The translations under genes and the position numbers were made by a program. The notes beneath the pieces were generated by a model. That model saw only the letters and a program-made list of their open reading frames with translations, was not told the DNA's origin and ran no database searches. Shown piece after piece: positions 51,148 through 64,000 of a stretch of DNA of 64,000 nucleotides. Source of the DNA: Parasitella parasitica NRRL 2501 (taxonomy: Eukaryota; Fungi; Mucoromycota); the NCBI GenBank assembly GCA_025201805.1, contig MU619298.1, positions 16,647 through 80,646 of the forward strand, given 5' to 3'. How positions within the stretch are numbered: the first letter of the stretch is position 1; every line of letters starts with the position of its first letter.

Positions 51148-52728
51148 ATGATGGAAACACTCACTCCTATCAAACAAGACACACCAAACAGTACCTCACC
51201 TACTCCTCCTCCTGCCTTAGTCAGAAAAGTCGATTCTGTGTCTGCTACTGAATGTGCAAATTGCGGCACAACTACTACGCCTCTCTGGCGAAGAGGCCCA
51301 AATGGCGAGACTATCTGTAATGCCTGTGGTCTTTATCTCAAGGCCAGAAACACCCTAAGACCCCCTACATTGAAAAGAACTGTTCACAAGAAGGTGGCTT
51401 CTCCAACTGAACAAAAGAACGACTGTGGTGGAGGTACTTGTCCAGGCGGTGGCCAATGTAATGGCACAGGCGGCTCAACTTCTTGCGCCGGCTGTCCCGC
51501 TTTTAACCAGCATCAGGTGAATCGTCAAGCTCTTATTTGTGCAAATTGTAGAACAACAACCACCCCACTTTGGAGAAGAGATGAGCAAGGCAACACCATC
51601 TGTAATGCTTGTGGTTTATATTACAAACTACACAATGTCCATCGACCTGTGAGTATGAAGCGCAGCGTCATTAAACGACGAAAGAGAATTATTGTCGCAC
51701 AAGGTAGTGATGAAGAAGAGCCAGAAGACGACGAAGATAATTTTTCACAGACATCTCATATCTCGACGCCTCAGTCCTCTCAACCTCCTCTTCCTGCTAA
51801 TGTTACTACTACATCTGCTACTCCTGCCAATATTACTAATCCTCAAAAGACGACCCACCCTGTTCCAGAGATCGAAGATTATGTTGTATTGAAAAAGAAA
51901 AAGTTGATGGAATTACCTAAAAAGAAGCAACCACACTATTTGCTATCATCACCTATGGCTCCTCCCCCTCTTCCTCATCGTTCCTCTACTCCTACTCCAC
52001 CTCCATCCTCCCAATCGTACACTCCTGTTGCTTCTAATGCTGTTGCTACGTCTCCTTCTGCACCAGTTTCCTTATCTGATAAGATCTACCATCAACCACA
52101 AACATTTCATCCATCCTATCAACTTCAGCATTCTCAGTCTCCTCAAGCTCAAGCTCCTCCACCTCAGCAACAGCAGAACCACTCTCCTTTATTTTCAAAA
52201 CCATATCCAGAGAATCCACCAACAGCAAGCAAGAGCTTTTTGCCACCCATTTCTTCTGAACGTCAATCTTATCGACTCGAATCGTTATTTGGCCGTAGAG
52301 ATTCCGCTTCCTCAGCTTCTTCATCTGTGAATACCAACAACACATTGCCTCCCTTATCGTTACCTCCATTAACTCCCCCGTCATCACAAACTCAACAATA
52401 TCCGAATCATCAACAGCGTAGTATGTCTCCTATGCAGTTATCTCATAAGCAGCAGCAGCAACTACAACAGCCTTCACCGCCACAAGCGCATCAGATAGCA
52501 CCGCAACCACAACTACTGCAACATCCTCCTCCTTCCCAGCTGCAGCGCCAAAATAATAATTATGAATTGGCTGATTTTGACCAAGCACTCGATCGATTAG
52601 AACATTTAAGAAGACAAGTGAGACCGGAACAGTCATATGCTCTCTCACAATTAACTCAATCATTAAGTGATTTGGCATCAAAAGCAGAAGCAATACTATC
52701 TTTAGACTCATTAGCTTATGGTCGATAG
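51148..52728 (+). CDS. sreA: Iron-responsive GATA repressor (SreA/Fep1/Urbs1 type)
   Basis: Two CxxC-x17-CxxC GATA fingers flank the cysteine-rich CPGGGQCNGTGGSTSCAGCP iron-sensing region. C-terminal coiled coil. Confidence 0.92.
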   Translation: MMETLTPIKQDTPNSTSPTPPPALVRKVDSVSATECANCGTTTTPLWRRGPNGETICNACGLYLKARNTLRPPTLKRTVHKKVASPTEQKNDCGGGTCPGGGQCNGTGGSTSCAGCPAFNQHQVNRQALICANCRTTTTPLWRRDEQGNTICNACGLYYKLHNVHRPVSMKRSVIKRRKRIIVAQGSDEEEPEDDEDNFSQTSHISTPQSSQPPLPANVTTTSATPANITNPQKTTHPVPEIEDYVVLKKKKLMELPKKKQPHYLLSSPMAPPPLPHRSSTPTPPPSSQSYTPVASNAVATSPSAPVSLSDKIYHQPQTFHPSYQLQHSQSPQAQAPPPQQQQNHSPLFSKPYPENPPTASKSFLPPISSERQSYRLESLFGRRDSASSASSSVNTNNTLPPLSLPPLTPPSSQTQQYPNHQQRSMSPMQLSHKQQQQLQQPSPPQAHQIAPQPQLLQHPPPSQLQRQNNNYELADFDQALDRLEHLRRQVRPEQSYALSQLTQSLSDLASKAEAILSLDSLAYGR

Positions 52729-53024
52729 CCTTGGCTTTTTTTATAGCTGATCATAATAACGCAATTTCTGTACTAATAAACATACAATTTACCCATTTTT
52801 ACACACCCAAAAAAAAAAAAAAAAATACCCCACCAGCACATTAAGATTAAGGCAAAGTGAACATTGTCCTTTGTAGTTGTCTAAAATGCATGAAAATAGC
52901 GCTCAAGAGATCGACATTATACACGTTATAATGAACAGGAAACGAAAAAGTCGAGCTAAAAGAGCCATTAAATATTTTATCAAAAATTTCTATAGTCTGT
53001 AATTTTGGGCTTGTCTTCAATTAT

Positions 53025-54952
53025 TTACAACAACATCTTGAGAGGGTTCTCCATGAATCCCTTGAAAGACTGCAACCAAGTAGCACCAACAGCACCGTCA
53101 ACAACACGATGATCAGCGCTCAAAGTAACCTCCATCACATCACGAACAAAAAACCCACTTTCAGTAGTTTCATCAGCGACAACTTTTTGTTGAGTGCCAC
53201 CAATAGCCAAGATGCAAGACTGAGGAGGGTTGATGATAGCAGTAAAGTTGCTGACACCATACATGCCGAGGTTAGAGATGGTGAAAGAGCCACCTTGGTA
53301 TTCAGCAGGAGCTAATTTGCCATCACGGGCACGCTTGGCCATATCTTTCACTTGAGAAGAGATGGCAGATAAACCCTTAGTCTCAGCTTGCCCGATAATA
53401 GGAGTGATCAAACCGGTAGGAGTGGCGACAGCAACACAAATATCAGCAGAGTTGTACTGTCTGATAAAATCGCCTTGCCAGGCAGAATTAACTTCAGGGA
53501 CAGCTTTGAGAGCCAAAGCAGAAGCTTTGATTACAAAGTCGTTGACAGAGAGCTTGTATTCACCCTTGCCAGATTGGTTCAAAACTTGGCGCAGCTTGCT
53601 GACCTTGTCCATACTGACTTCAACGGTCAAATAGTAGTGAGGAACAGTTTGTTTGGACTCGGCTAAACGAGTGGCAATAATCTTTCTCATGCTGGTAGTG
53701 GGCTGATCGGTGAATGCATCGCCGGCAACTCCTTGAGGAGCATAGGCAGCAGGGACAGCTGCAGAGGCTGTGGGAGCAGCAGCACCTGTTTCAAAAGTGT
53801 TATTAAATACAATGGTAATAGTATTAGTGTGCAAACTTACTAGTTTCCTTGAAGCTTTCGACATCAGATTTGACAATACGGCCACCTGGCGCAGAGCCCT
53901 GAATTTTAGAAATGTCAATACCACGGTCATTTGCAATCAACTAAATAAATAATTTAGTAAATTTCGCGCTCTTCTCTTTCCTCAATGGAGACTTACTCTA
54001 GCTAAAGGACTTGCCTCAGTGCGACCTAAAAGTTGAAATATCATTACGAGTCAATTCAAAATGATCTTCTTTTATAGCAACTAATTTACCTTCAGAAGAA
54101 GCAGAAGTAACAGGAGCCGGTGCAGATTGCTTCTTTTCTTCGGTAGCTGGTAAAGATTCTTCCGCAGAGGCATCAGGAGCGGCAGAAGCGGCAGAGGGAG
54201 AAGCGTCTTCCAATGTAAAGTCTTTGAAGGCTTCAACATCAGATTCATCATCAACGAAAATAGCAATAGGCTATATAACAAAATATCAAAAACTGCCATT
54301 ATATGTGGTCTATACCTTCTTACCTTGCCAACAGTAATATCCTTATCACCTTCGCTTACAAGAATTTTTGCAACAAAACCTTCTTCTTGACATTCAAAAT
54401 CCATTTGTGCCTTGTCAGTTTCGATTTCTACCAAGACATCTCCAGGGTTAATGGCATCCCCAACAGCCTTCTGAAATTTGCCAATACCACCGGCGGTCAT
54501 ACTGTATATGTAATTTTTAATTTTATGACGATGATGCTATTCCATGCAATTCTGCGGCTATGATACTACACTTACGTTGGAGACAAAGCAGGCATAGCAA
54601 TGACGTTATGAGGAGGGAAACCTATCAAATCCTAAATTAATACTGTCATCGGTCCTGATTACTGTCATTTTACTCTTGGAGCTATAGCATCTAATCTCTT
54701 TCTGTGTTTGAGGAATAAAAAAAGCACGGAGAGCACCAAATGACTTGGAGCTAATATGAATAGGAAAAAGAACCGATGTAAGAAAACTCTTAAATGTTTT
54801 ATTTTGTCTTCCAACATCATAAATGATTACCTGGTAGAAGCAAACGAGCGTACAGCGGCTTGATGGGCTAATAAAGGTACGGCTCGACTAGGGATTCTAG
54901 CAGAATAGGCACGAAGAGATTTAGCAGATGTTCTCAACAAGGGACGAGACAT
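53025..54952 (-). CDS. LAT1: Pyruvate dehydrogenase E2 dihydrolipoamide acetyltransferase
   Basis: Mitochondrial presequence, lipoyl domain (MPALSPTM, EIETDKA), E3-binding ASPLAR and catalytic DHRVVDGA. Confidence 0.96.
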
Positions 54953-56398
54953 TTATGTAAAATAAAAAAAATTGTAAGCGAAAGAGAAAAACAATAAGAA
55001 AAAAGAAACCCTGGCTGGATAAACCAGGAGTGCACTGAAATTTACGGGCTTTTTAGGGCCACTCGATATACCTCCCGCTATTATAAAACTTAATTTTCTA
55101 TATTTGTTCTTCTCCACAAAACATACATGTTTTACTTTTTGATCTTTTCTTAAAAAGAAAAAAAAAAGAAAAATCTGAAGTGAGGACAAGAAAATGATTA
55201 TTTCAACATTTAGATTAACTCGGTTGATTTCCAAATTATTCAACTATATGAGAGGTTTTAAACATCGTATATTGAAAATCTTTGAGATTTAACATGTAAG
55301 AAGATTTTTCTGCCCCAGAATTTGAGAATCTCATCATTACTGAAACATTGCAATTGTCCTTGCAAGGACCACTTTTTTTTTATAAAAAAAAAAACGAGTA
55401 CTCTAATAAAAGTCTTAATAACGATGAACAGGTATTATCTTTTTTCGGTTTCAAGCATGTACTATATTTATCTTGACAAATTAGCATCAACAGGAACTTG
55501 AAATTAACAAGCTTTAATCTACCCCAATCATTAATTTGCAAAGGAGCTATATGTGATATTTTTGGTTTAGCCGTTTTGAACTGATAGAACCACATTAATT
55601 CGATGCTTTTTAACTAATTGATAAGTGTAATCAGCATCATAATTTGAATTAAACAAAAATCATTTATTTGTCTATATTATTTAGTATATTATCAAAACCA
55701 AAAACTTGTCCAATCAAATTGTCGTTCCTGAATTATACCTTACTTTTTTGGCAATTTGATCTTCTGTCAAAAATGCAATCTCCGTTGCTTTCTGTTTTGA
55801 ACATTGAGCGATTATGGAATCGTGCATACGTAAATTGACATGATAAAATAGAGAGTGCTACAAATAAAGATTCCAAGAACAAATCATGCAATCTTTTATT
55901 ATTGGGAGAAGCTGTAACCATGTTTATTCGATTTTTGTTAATATTTTTGCAGCGTTTTTAAACATATAAAATTTTGAGTTGCAATAATACAATATCGCTT
56001 TGATTTGATACACTTGAATTTTGATTTGAATGTTGGATTAGATGGAAAAACTCCTCGGAAGTTCAAAAGAAAAAAAGGCGTGGAAGCCTGCTAACTGTCA
56101 TCGCTGTAGCCCAGCCGTTGCGATGTCTCAAAGCGTAATTACCAGGAGTTTACATCATTTTATTACAAACCATATCAGCTTTTTTTTTTGGGGCAAAGCA
56201 TGAATTCACATCTCAAAGTCAACATCCCTAAACTCTTGGGCGCTTGACAGTAGTTTTTTCTTTTACCATGTGTAACTTTAAAAACATAGGACAGTCAACT
56301 TACAATGAAAGGGAATAACAATTATCCCATTTCAATGTCTCCTTTTCTCTTTTATTCCACTCCTTTTGCCTTTGTAGTCGTTTATTGCAAACATAAAA

Positions 56399-57478
56399 AT
56401 GCCCGAGTTTGCAGACATTATTTTGTCTGCTATTATGGTCATTGCGCCTACAGTAGGTTATGTTGATCAGGTAATAAACTGTACATACATAACACGTTGT
56501 GCATGCGATATAAACATTTGTCATAATGCATATTAGTACCGTATCATTTTAAAAAACAAAACCAGCTTAGGGTTTAATTCGGTAACATGTGCTATCCTTT
56601 GCTTTGCAAAGTAAGTGTGCAATCTAACAACACGGCATCTTTTAACATTCCTTCATTTTTATTGCAGTATTCTGAGGCTGTTTTTTTGGTAATTGTTATT
56701 TACACGAAAACAAAGAAGTAACATGATCATGAATGCCTAATTCTGACTCTACGTAGGCTTGGTAAAAGATTCGATAATACACTGCTGTTCCAATCTATTG
56801 CCATGTTGACAGCCATGTTGACATTGCTACAGCTGGTTGTTAAATATAAACCCCATGATTTGCCATTTACTCCACTTATTCGACATGACTCGGTCGCCTC
56901 TTCCAGATCTTCCAGCTCTTCTGGCTCGTCTCATTCTTCACATCGCCGCGCCGCCATTGAGCAAAGAATTGAATTGAAATGGTACCAACGTACCTTCTGG
57001 GACTGGGATTACTTTATTGATTATGTGAATTGCCTCTTACTGTTTACTAGTATTGTCGGAACTCTGTACATCTTTTTGCATGAGCACAATTGGTTCGTTG
57101 AAGCGTTGGGATTCTTGAGCCTAGGGATTGAAAGCACATTGCCATTGCCTCAGTTGCTGACAAACTTTAGGCAAAAAAGCGTAGATGGATTCAGTCTGTT
57201 GATTTTAGCCAGCTGGGTAAGATACCGTGTATTGTTATGCAACGAGTGAATGCTTATTTTTTTTTGTATAATGCGAATAGTTTCTGGGGGATTCTTTCAA
57301 GGCATTTTACTTTGTCTATCAAAATTCGCCTATTCAATTTGTTGTTTGTGCAGTCATCCAGCTCACCTTTGACACCATCATCGTGTTTCAGTTTATTGTG
57401 TTTTCTAGCTTTTTCAAGAAACTGCTAGGAATCAGACAGCATGTAGTATTAGGCCACGAGTATGAGCCCATTAGTTGA
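56399..57478 (+). CDS. PQ-loop repeat membrane protein (PQLC1/Any1-like)
   Basis: GYVDQ|YRII...GFNS..C, ILRLFFW|LGKRFD..LLFQS and LGIESTLPLPQLLTNF...GFS...W|F.GD motifs. Confidence 0.85.
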
Positions 57479-57538
57479 AATAAACAAATGCAGCATGCAG
57501 GTCCCATTTTTGTGGATGAAAGGAGGGGAATGTCTATA

Positions 57539-57591
57539 CACGTGGTGTCACACTTTGACGTTTTATTCGCCAGCAAGTCTATGCGCACGTG
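57539..57591. promoter_or_regulatory. Two CACGTG E-boxes upstream of PPN1
   Basis: CACGTG at 57539-57544 and 57586-57591, 200-250 bp before the PPN1 ATG. Confidence 0.35.
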
Positions 57592-57789
57592 TACGCATCC
57601 ATTTTTCAAAGATTGAAGATCTTGGGATCCGTTTTAAAAGCAAAAACCACGACCGAGACATTGTTTGTATCTGCAGGAAAAAAAGAAACCCCCCCCCCAC
57701 TGGACTACGTTTTTGCTGGCATCCTATATAATTTTGGTTGTTTTTATTTTATCATTTCTTTTTCTCTTCGTCTTCCGTTCCATTTAGAA

Positions 57790-59566
57790 ATGAAGACAAA
57801 TCATTGGTATTTGCCTTGTTTGATCGCTGGAAGCTGCACTGTTTCCGCAATGGAGCAGCAACAGCACCACCAGCTACAGCAGCAACAGCAGCAAGTGTTT
57901 ATGCATCAGCAACACAGCGCTGACTTGCCATTGCACGGCCGTTACCTCCACATCACAGATATTCATGTAAAGTGCGTACACTGCTGGATCTGTTTCTAAT
58001 ACTGAAATTGCGTTTCGCACCGTAGATGGACCAACATTATCTAACAGGTGCGACTATCAAATCGGACTGTCACCGTGAACCCAAGAAGCATAAGCACAAG
58101 AAAAAGAAGCAAGGTTTGCTGGCTGGGTATTGGGGTGCCCCTGGCATGGATTGCGACTCTCCACCAAGACTTGTCTACCACTCAATTGATTCCATCGCAA
58201 AAGAGTGGAAAAACAAGATTGATTTCATCATTTGGACTGGCGATAATGCTAGGTAACCTGGGGGCACTCCTTTGTTTCCATGCGGACAGTTGTACTTATT
58301 TGTTTGTGATAGACATGATGGCGATGCGTTGGTCACTAGAACTAAAAAGGAAATCGTCGGCTATAATGTAAAAGTAGCTGATCTACTACGAACCGCATTT
58401 ACGCTGGACAATAATCGAACTCTACCTATCGTACCCTGCATAGGTAATGCCGTATTGACAGTGTTTGTAACGATACTTACGTTTTTTTTTATTTGTTTTT
58501 TTATTATAATTCTTACTATATGGAAGGCAATAATGATATTCATCCTCACAACGAGTTGAGAGGCATGAAAAAAAACCCTCAACTACTAGAATTCAGCGAA
58601 ATGTGGAAGGATTTTATCCCTGAAAAGCAGCAAAAAGCATTCAAGAAAGGCGGTTATTTTGCTGTGGATGTTGTGCCAGGATTAAGAGTGCTTTCGTTAA
58701 ACTCGCTCTATTTTTTCGGCTCCAATGATGTTGTCAACAGTTGCAGTGATGTCAGTGGACCCGGTGCTCGTCATGTAAAATGGATGCGCTCTCAACTGAA
58801 GAAGGCCCGTAGGGATAATGTCAAGGTGATTGTCATTGGACATGTACCTCCTACTGTCAAAACATTCAAAGATAGCTGTCTAGACGATTACATCAAGTTA
58901 TCAACTAAATTCAAAGATGTTATTACTGGGCACATGTATGGTCATTCCAATATGGACCACTTTCAAGTGATTAGCAGAGGATTTGGCAATATGGCTCGTA
59001 TTGGATCAGAGAATGACGACCAAGACGATGAAGACGATATCATGCAAATTCAAAAGGATACTGGTAGATTCATTTCAACGCTTCGCAAGCAATACAAAAA
59101 AGTCAAAAAGGTACGCAATGCGCAAGATTTGGTGGTTATTCATGTTGCCCCTCCCATGTTGCCGTTATTTTACCCCACATTTCGCATTAATGAATATCAA
59201 ACCGACAATTCATCGAATCAATTTGGCCAATGGTTGAAATATACGCAATGGTATACTAATTTGACGTATTGGAACGAGCAAATACATCCCATCACCAAAA
59301 AGCATTTAGAGCCGGGATTTGAAATCGAATACTCGACAGACGAAACATACAACATGACTGATTTGACAGCTGAAAGCTGGCTTGATTTCGCTCAGCACAT
59401 CAGTTCAAAAGATGGCAAAGGCCTCTGGAAAACGTATCTTGACAATATGTTTGTAAAAACAAACAATGATTGGTATGGCCAAAGTGTCCCCATTGAGACA
59501 AATCCGATTCATGATTGGTGGAATTGGTTTTATAACAGTGTCTCAACTATTATTTTACATGCATAA
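57790..59566 (+). CDS. PPN1: Endopolyphosphatase Ppn1 (calcineurin-like metallophosphoesterase)
   Basis: LHITDIH|MD, DCDSP, WTGDNAR|HD, IG|NND, IGHVPP, GHMYGHSNMDHF and PTFRINEY motifs. Three introns. Confidence 0.88.
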
Positions 59567-61957
59567 TAAATTCTTCGAATGCCAAATGGCACTTTATTGC
59601 GCTTTTTAAAGCTGCTCGATTTGCGCTATGAGCTATCTCAAATTATATATTGATAAACATTAAAGGTCGAAGCGAATGATACATGACTTACCGTACCCTA
59701 AATTAAGGACATTATTGCAAAGAGATTTCTGCTTTTCCTATGATCTGCTTGGAGCTTTTTGAGCTCTTGGACGGTTATATGCGTTACATGTGTTTGTGCC
59801 CAAGCAAATATCGATTTTTGCGGTTAAATAATACTTGGTAATTGTATGTTGTACCTTTTCTACTGTTTCATTTCAAGAGGTATGAGCAGGTGTGTGCGGC
59901 ACCCAGCATGCGCTGCCGCAGGCCTGTCTTGCTTCAAGATGAGGCAAAATTATACAATCTTATAATCGCACCAAGCTTGATGATGACGACCTTTTTAGCA
60001 AGAAGTTATTCTTCTAATGATTATGTGATATCTCTTTTACGCCTTTTCGCTTCGCTACTACGGTATAAAGATATAGGCAGATTTTTTTGGTCCACAACTT
60101 CTGCTAAAGATACCGCCTAGTCAAGATCAGACATATATATCATCATACCCTGGAATCAGCTTCATCCGATATATACCTTGTTCCCGTTGCATGCTTATTC
60201 ATGAACAGTTAGCTACAGAAAATATCAATACCTTTGCATAGAGAACAAGCCAAATCATATTTTATACTTGTCTGACACTGCCATGATTAGGGCTGATTGA
60301 TACACACTTTGTTTATATTGGGTGACACATAAATAAGACTTGAATGCTTTTTTTTTATTGAAAGAATAGCATTTTTAAGCGTTATTACTACAAGCCAAAA
60401 GGACGAAGCATATCAGTACCAAGATACAAAGCTCTATATTACCGGAAAACCATACCACACTAAAGGCCGGAACAGAGGCAACTGGGATTGTCTCGAGCAC
60501 CATAGGCAATTATTTTTATAGTGTGCAGAAAGTAAAACTCGTCTTGTGCGGATAATTTCTGAAAATAGTGGGATACATTTGATGTAGGCTAATATAGTAA
60601 TAAGGGTGCTTTGTTCCTACAATAAAGCTATTTTACTTTTTTCGTTTGATAGTATGTATATACAATAAAATCCTTACCCTAAACAAGTTCGTTCTTCAAA
60701 AAAGACGCTTCATATCCTTCTCTCTGAACCTTTAACCAAACACTTTTCAATAGAAAATAAGACATTAAAAAGGCAAGTACCATGATAGAAACAAAGCATT
60801 ACACTAACTATTAAGGGATGTTCCTCTTGTAAGAAGAATTAATAAAGTCTTACTTGAAGAAAGATAAAAACCGCAAGATGGCGTAAAAATATTGACACAA
60901 CAATGTATGTGGACGCGAGCAAATCCCGCGATGGTCAAGAGTATTACCCTGTTCCATCGCAATAAGCCGCACTGGCGAAGAGAATTTGGTNNNNNNNNNN
61001 NNNNNNNNNNNNNNNNNNNNNNNNNNNNNNNNNNNNNNNNNNNNNNNNNNNNNNNNNNNNNNNNNNNNNNNNNNNNNNNNNNNNNNNNNNNNNNNNNNNN
61101 NNNNNNNNNNNNNNNNNNNNNNNNNNNNNNNNNNNNNNNNNNNNNNNNNNNNNNNNNNNNNNNNNNNNNNNNNNNNNNNNNNNNNNNNNNNNNNNNNNNN
61201 NNNNNNNNNNNNNNNNNNNNNNNNNNNNNNNNNNNNNNNNNNNNNNNNNNNNNNNNNNNNNNNNNNNNNNNNNNNNNNNNNNNNNNNNNNNNNNNNNNNN
61301 NNNNNNNNNNNNNNNNNNNNNNNNNNNNNNNNNNNNNNNNNNNNNNNNNNNNNNNNNNNNNNNNNNNNNNNNNNNNNNNNNNNNNNNNNNNNNNNNNNNN
61401 NNNNNNNNNNNNNNNNNNNNNNNNNNNNNNNNNNNNNNNNNNNNNNNNNNNNNNNNNNNNNNNNNNNNNNNNNNNNNNNNNNNNNNNNNNNNNNNNNNNN
61501 NNNNNNNNNNNNNNNNNNNNNNNNNNNNNNNNNNNNNNNNNNNNNNNNNNNNNNNNNNNNNNNNNNNNNNNNNNNNNNNNNNNNNNNNNNNNNNNNNNNN
61601 NNNNNNNNNNNNNNNNNNNNNNNNNNNNNNNNNNNNNNNNNNNNNNNNNNNNNNNNNNNNNNNNNCAGGAGGCCATCCAACCTCGACTCTTCTACTCATA
61701 TATGTTATGAGTACCGTCTTTAGCCAAATAAGAAACAGGTGCCGCATACATTGTGTGCCAACTTCCATTGGTATTTCATTTTTCTATTAATGCTGATTAC
61801 AACTTTTGTTTAGAACTTTAAGAAGGGCTGCTGCAAAATAAAAAAAATTAAATTTAAAATTGAAACTAGATGATGATGACGTAACACTTTCCGCGTCGTG
61901 TTGCGCAGCTAAAGTTGTGGAAATGTTATCAAACTTCCTTCAAATCTTACCACACCA

Positions 61958-64000
61958 ATGGGGTTTTTTATCAACTATCTGCGAACTCATATTGACTGTA
62001 AAGAAAGCAACGATTATGATGTTTTAGCTGCTTTCGAAGCTAGCCAATTGAGCGATCAAATAACTGCAGAAAAAATATTCAAAGAAGACCTTCAAAGAAT
62101 CGCATTGTGGTCGCCAAGTCAACTCCAGCGGTGGGCTCTTAAGCAGCATAAAGAACTCTCAGTAAGTTAATGAAGCTAGTGGTTAACGAATTTTATAATA
62201 ACGCTGTGCTTTTTTAAATATAGTGTTTGAAAACAATAAAATATCAAGAATTTTGGACAAATATGAGCATGGAACGGTCCATCAATGTGGAGACGAGGGC
62301 ATATTATGAATATAAATTTCGGCATGCTGATAAAAGCCTGAAAGTAAGTATCGTGTAAAAGGATTCACACTCCAAAAGACAGCTTAAACTTCTTGGAAAT
62401 ATTTGGTGCTTCATTAGATCCAAGATAAACAAGATGAACCGGAAGGAAGCCTGGAACAAGATGATACTGTTTTCGAATCGCAAGAAAGCGAGGAGCAAGA
62501 AATATGTAAATTTAACAAGGTATTGTAGAATATAGAAAAAGTGGCAATCTTATTTTCAAAATTATTATTAATGATCACGAATAGGCTGAACTCGCTAGTG
62601 ATGTATGTATTGCCCTATTAAAAGTTCGGTGCATAAATACACATTTTGCGAAAAAATAACTTAATTAACATGTTTAATAGGTCGAACACGATGATCACTC
62701 TATTGACATTGAATTCCCTTCAGATATCAGCAATGACTATCATCCTTTAGTAGATGACGAAGAATATAATCTTCAACGCGTTGATTCTCCAGATGATACA
62801 CAAAGTACGAGAACCTGGTCATACCAGCTTGATGACAAAGAAGTATTTTGTGATATCATTGAGGAACTGAGGACGTTTCGAAATGTGTCATTTAAATTCG
62901 AGCCTAAAAGTTTATCTGACTTACGGTTACTGTACGTTTAAAGTATGTTTTGATTATATAAACATAATCGATTTAACATCTTGTCTTTAGTGCTCTAAAT
63001 CACACCTACCTATTTACGCAAAATATCAAAGACAGTATTACTTCATATCTGCCTGAATCGTTACAGTAAGCTAAAAATAGTGTTATATCTTTGAAAGGAA
63101 ATGTTTTTTCGACTAATCAATATGTGATTGCTATATAGCCGGCGTATTATGGAAGATGTCTCAACTGAACCTATTGTAACAATAAGTGATCGTGCCATTC
63201 TGTGGTGTACAAAGCTTTCGCTGGTAAAATTTTTCTTATATTAACATTTTTCTCCAACATGTACTCACGAATCTGCCCAAACTGTTTCAGATGCGATTAC
63301 CAACTTGGTACGAAGTACAAAAAGTTACTATCCCGTTCTTGCATGAAGCGATGGAGACCATGAATGATAAACCCATCGATCTGGTAGTTGCAAACATTAT
63401 ACATCGAGCGTAAGTTTAAATTACTATTTGATAATATACTTAATATAGATAACTGATTTGCCTTAAACCATCTAGAGCTCTGTTATTTTCTAATGGTACC
63501 CCTGATTCTGATTTGGAGGACTCATTCATGCATAATTTTATTTCCACCTTATTTGAGGACGTTTTTATGTTAGACACTATCTTGGAAAGTAAATGGTATG
63601 TGTAACAAGTACTAACTTTATAATATGCTTTAATGCACGAACTAATATCCCAATCTGTTTTTTTGTACATGCGTTTTCAGGGCCAATGGTCAACTAGGAA
63701 AAAGAAAAAGAGACGACCAGACTCAATTCAAACCGGATTACGTTATATTTATCACACAAAGGTCTAACCGCCTGGATTTGTCATGTGTCGAAGCCAAGTC
63801 ACCCATTAACAAACACACATTTCCAAAATCTGATCTTGTCAAACTCGGGCAAGAGATGCGCTGGATGCTGAATAAGCTTGTTATGGAAGGGGTCGAAAAA
63901 CCTGTTGTTGGTGGGATCCTCATTTCTGGATTTCAAATACAAACATATAAAATGGAGCTTATTGATATTGGTGTGTATCGAATGGTAGAACTTAGCAAAA
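61958..64000 (+). CDS. Multi-exon PD-(D/E)XK nuclease-like protein (possibly a pseudogene), truncated by the window end
   Basis: The last visible exon reads FKPDYVIF...LSCVEAKSP...SDLVKLGQEMRWMLNKL..GVEKPVVGGILISGF, a PD...ExK motif. Many short GT-AG introns lie upstream. A stop near 62356 is unresolved. Confidence 0.6.

Noticed and set aside
60804-61768. Long ORFs spanning the 60991-61665 gap, including a CGLLRWNR string reminiscent of Fanzor
   Set aside because: ORF length is an artefact of Ns. The motif lacks the catalytic Asp and its context, and there is too little sequence to support a call.

Overview
AT-rich, intron-dense eukaryotic DNA from a fungus, most likely Mucorales (inferred from ~50-80 nt GT-AG introns, gene content and repeat families). 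It contains several assembly gaps. About 18 ordinary host genes are recognisable: an MFS sugar transporter, IML2/TTC39-like, a 4xRRM Nrd1/Mrn1-like gene, a GPI-anchored 8-Cys protein, PHO88, MED6, a peroxisomal adenine nucleotide carrier, RPN11, VTC4, a bHLH-Zip TF, PEBP, Rab5/Ypt5, a Zn2Cys6 TF, a DDHD phospholipase, FBP1, a SreA-type GATA factor, LAT1, a PQ-loop protein and PPN1. Mobile DNA is interspersed. The best candidate for a special system is a ~3.1 kb TA-flanked, TIR-bounded element (11615-14750). It encodes no transposase in the sequenced part. Instead it carries an intron-containing Fanzor1 (eukaryotic TnpB-like RNA-guided nuclease), now disrupted by a stop codon and a frameshift, with a candidate omega-RNA at its 3' end. 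It is inserted between the stop codon and the likely original poly(A) signal of the RRM gene. Also present are an intact Tc1/IS630-type DD34E transposon (1504-3222), a second divergent Fanzor-like fragment (17224-17793), relics of PD-(D/E)XK nuclease-like genes, a dispersed possibly Helitron-derived repeat family, and four perfect ATCWGATAA iron-repressor boxes around the uncharacterised 8-Cys surface protein. All calls come from reading the sequence by eye; no searches were run.
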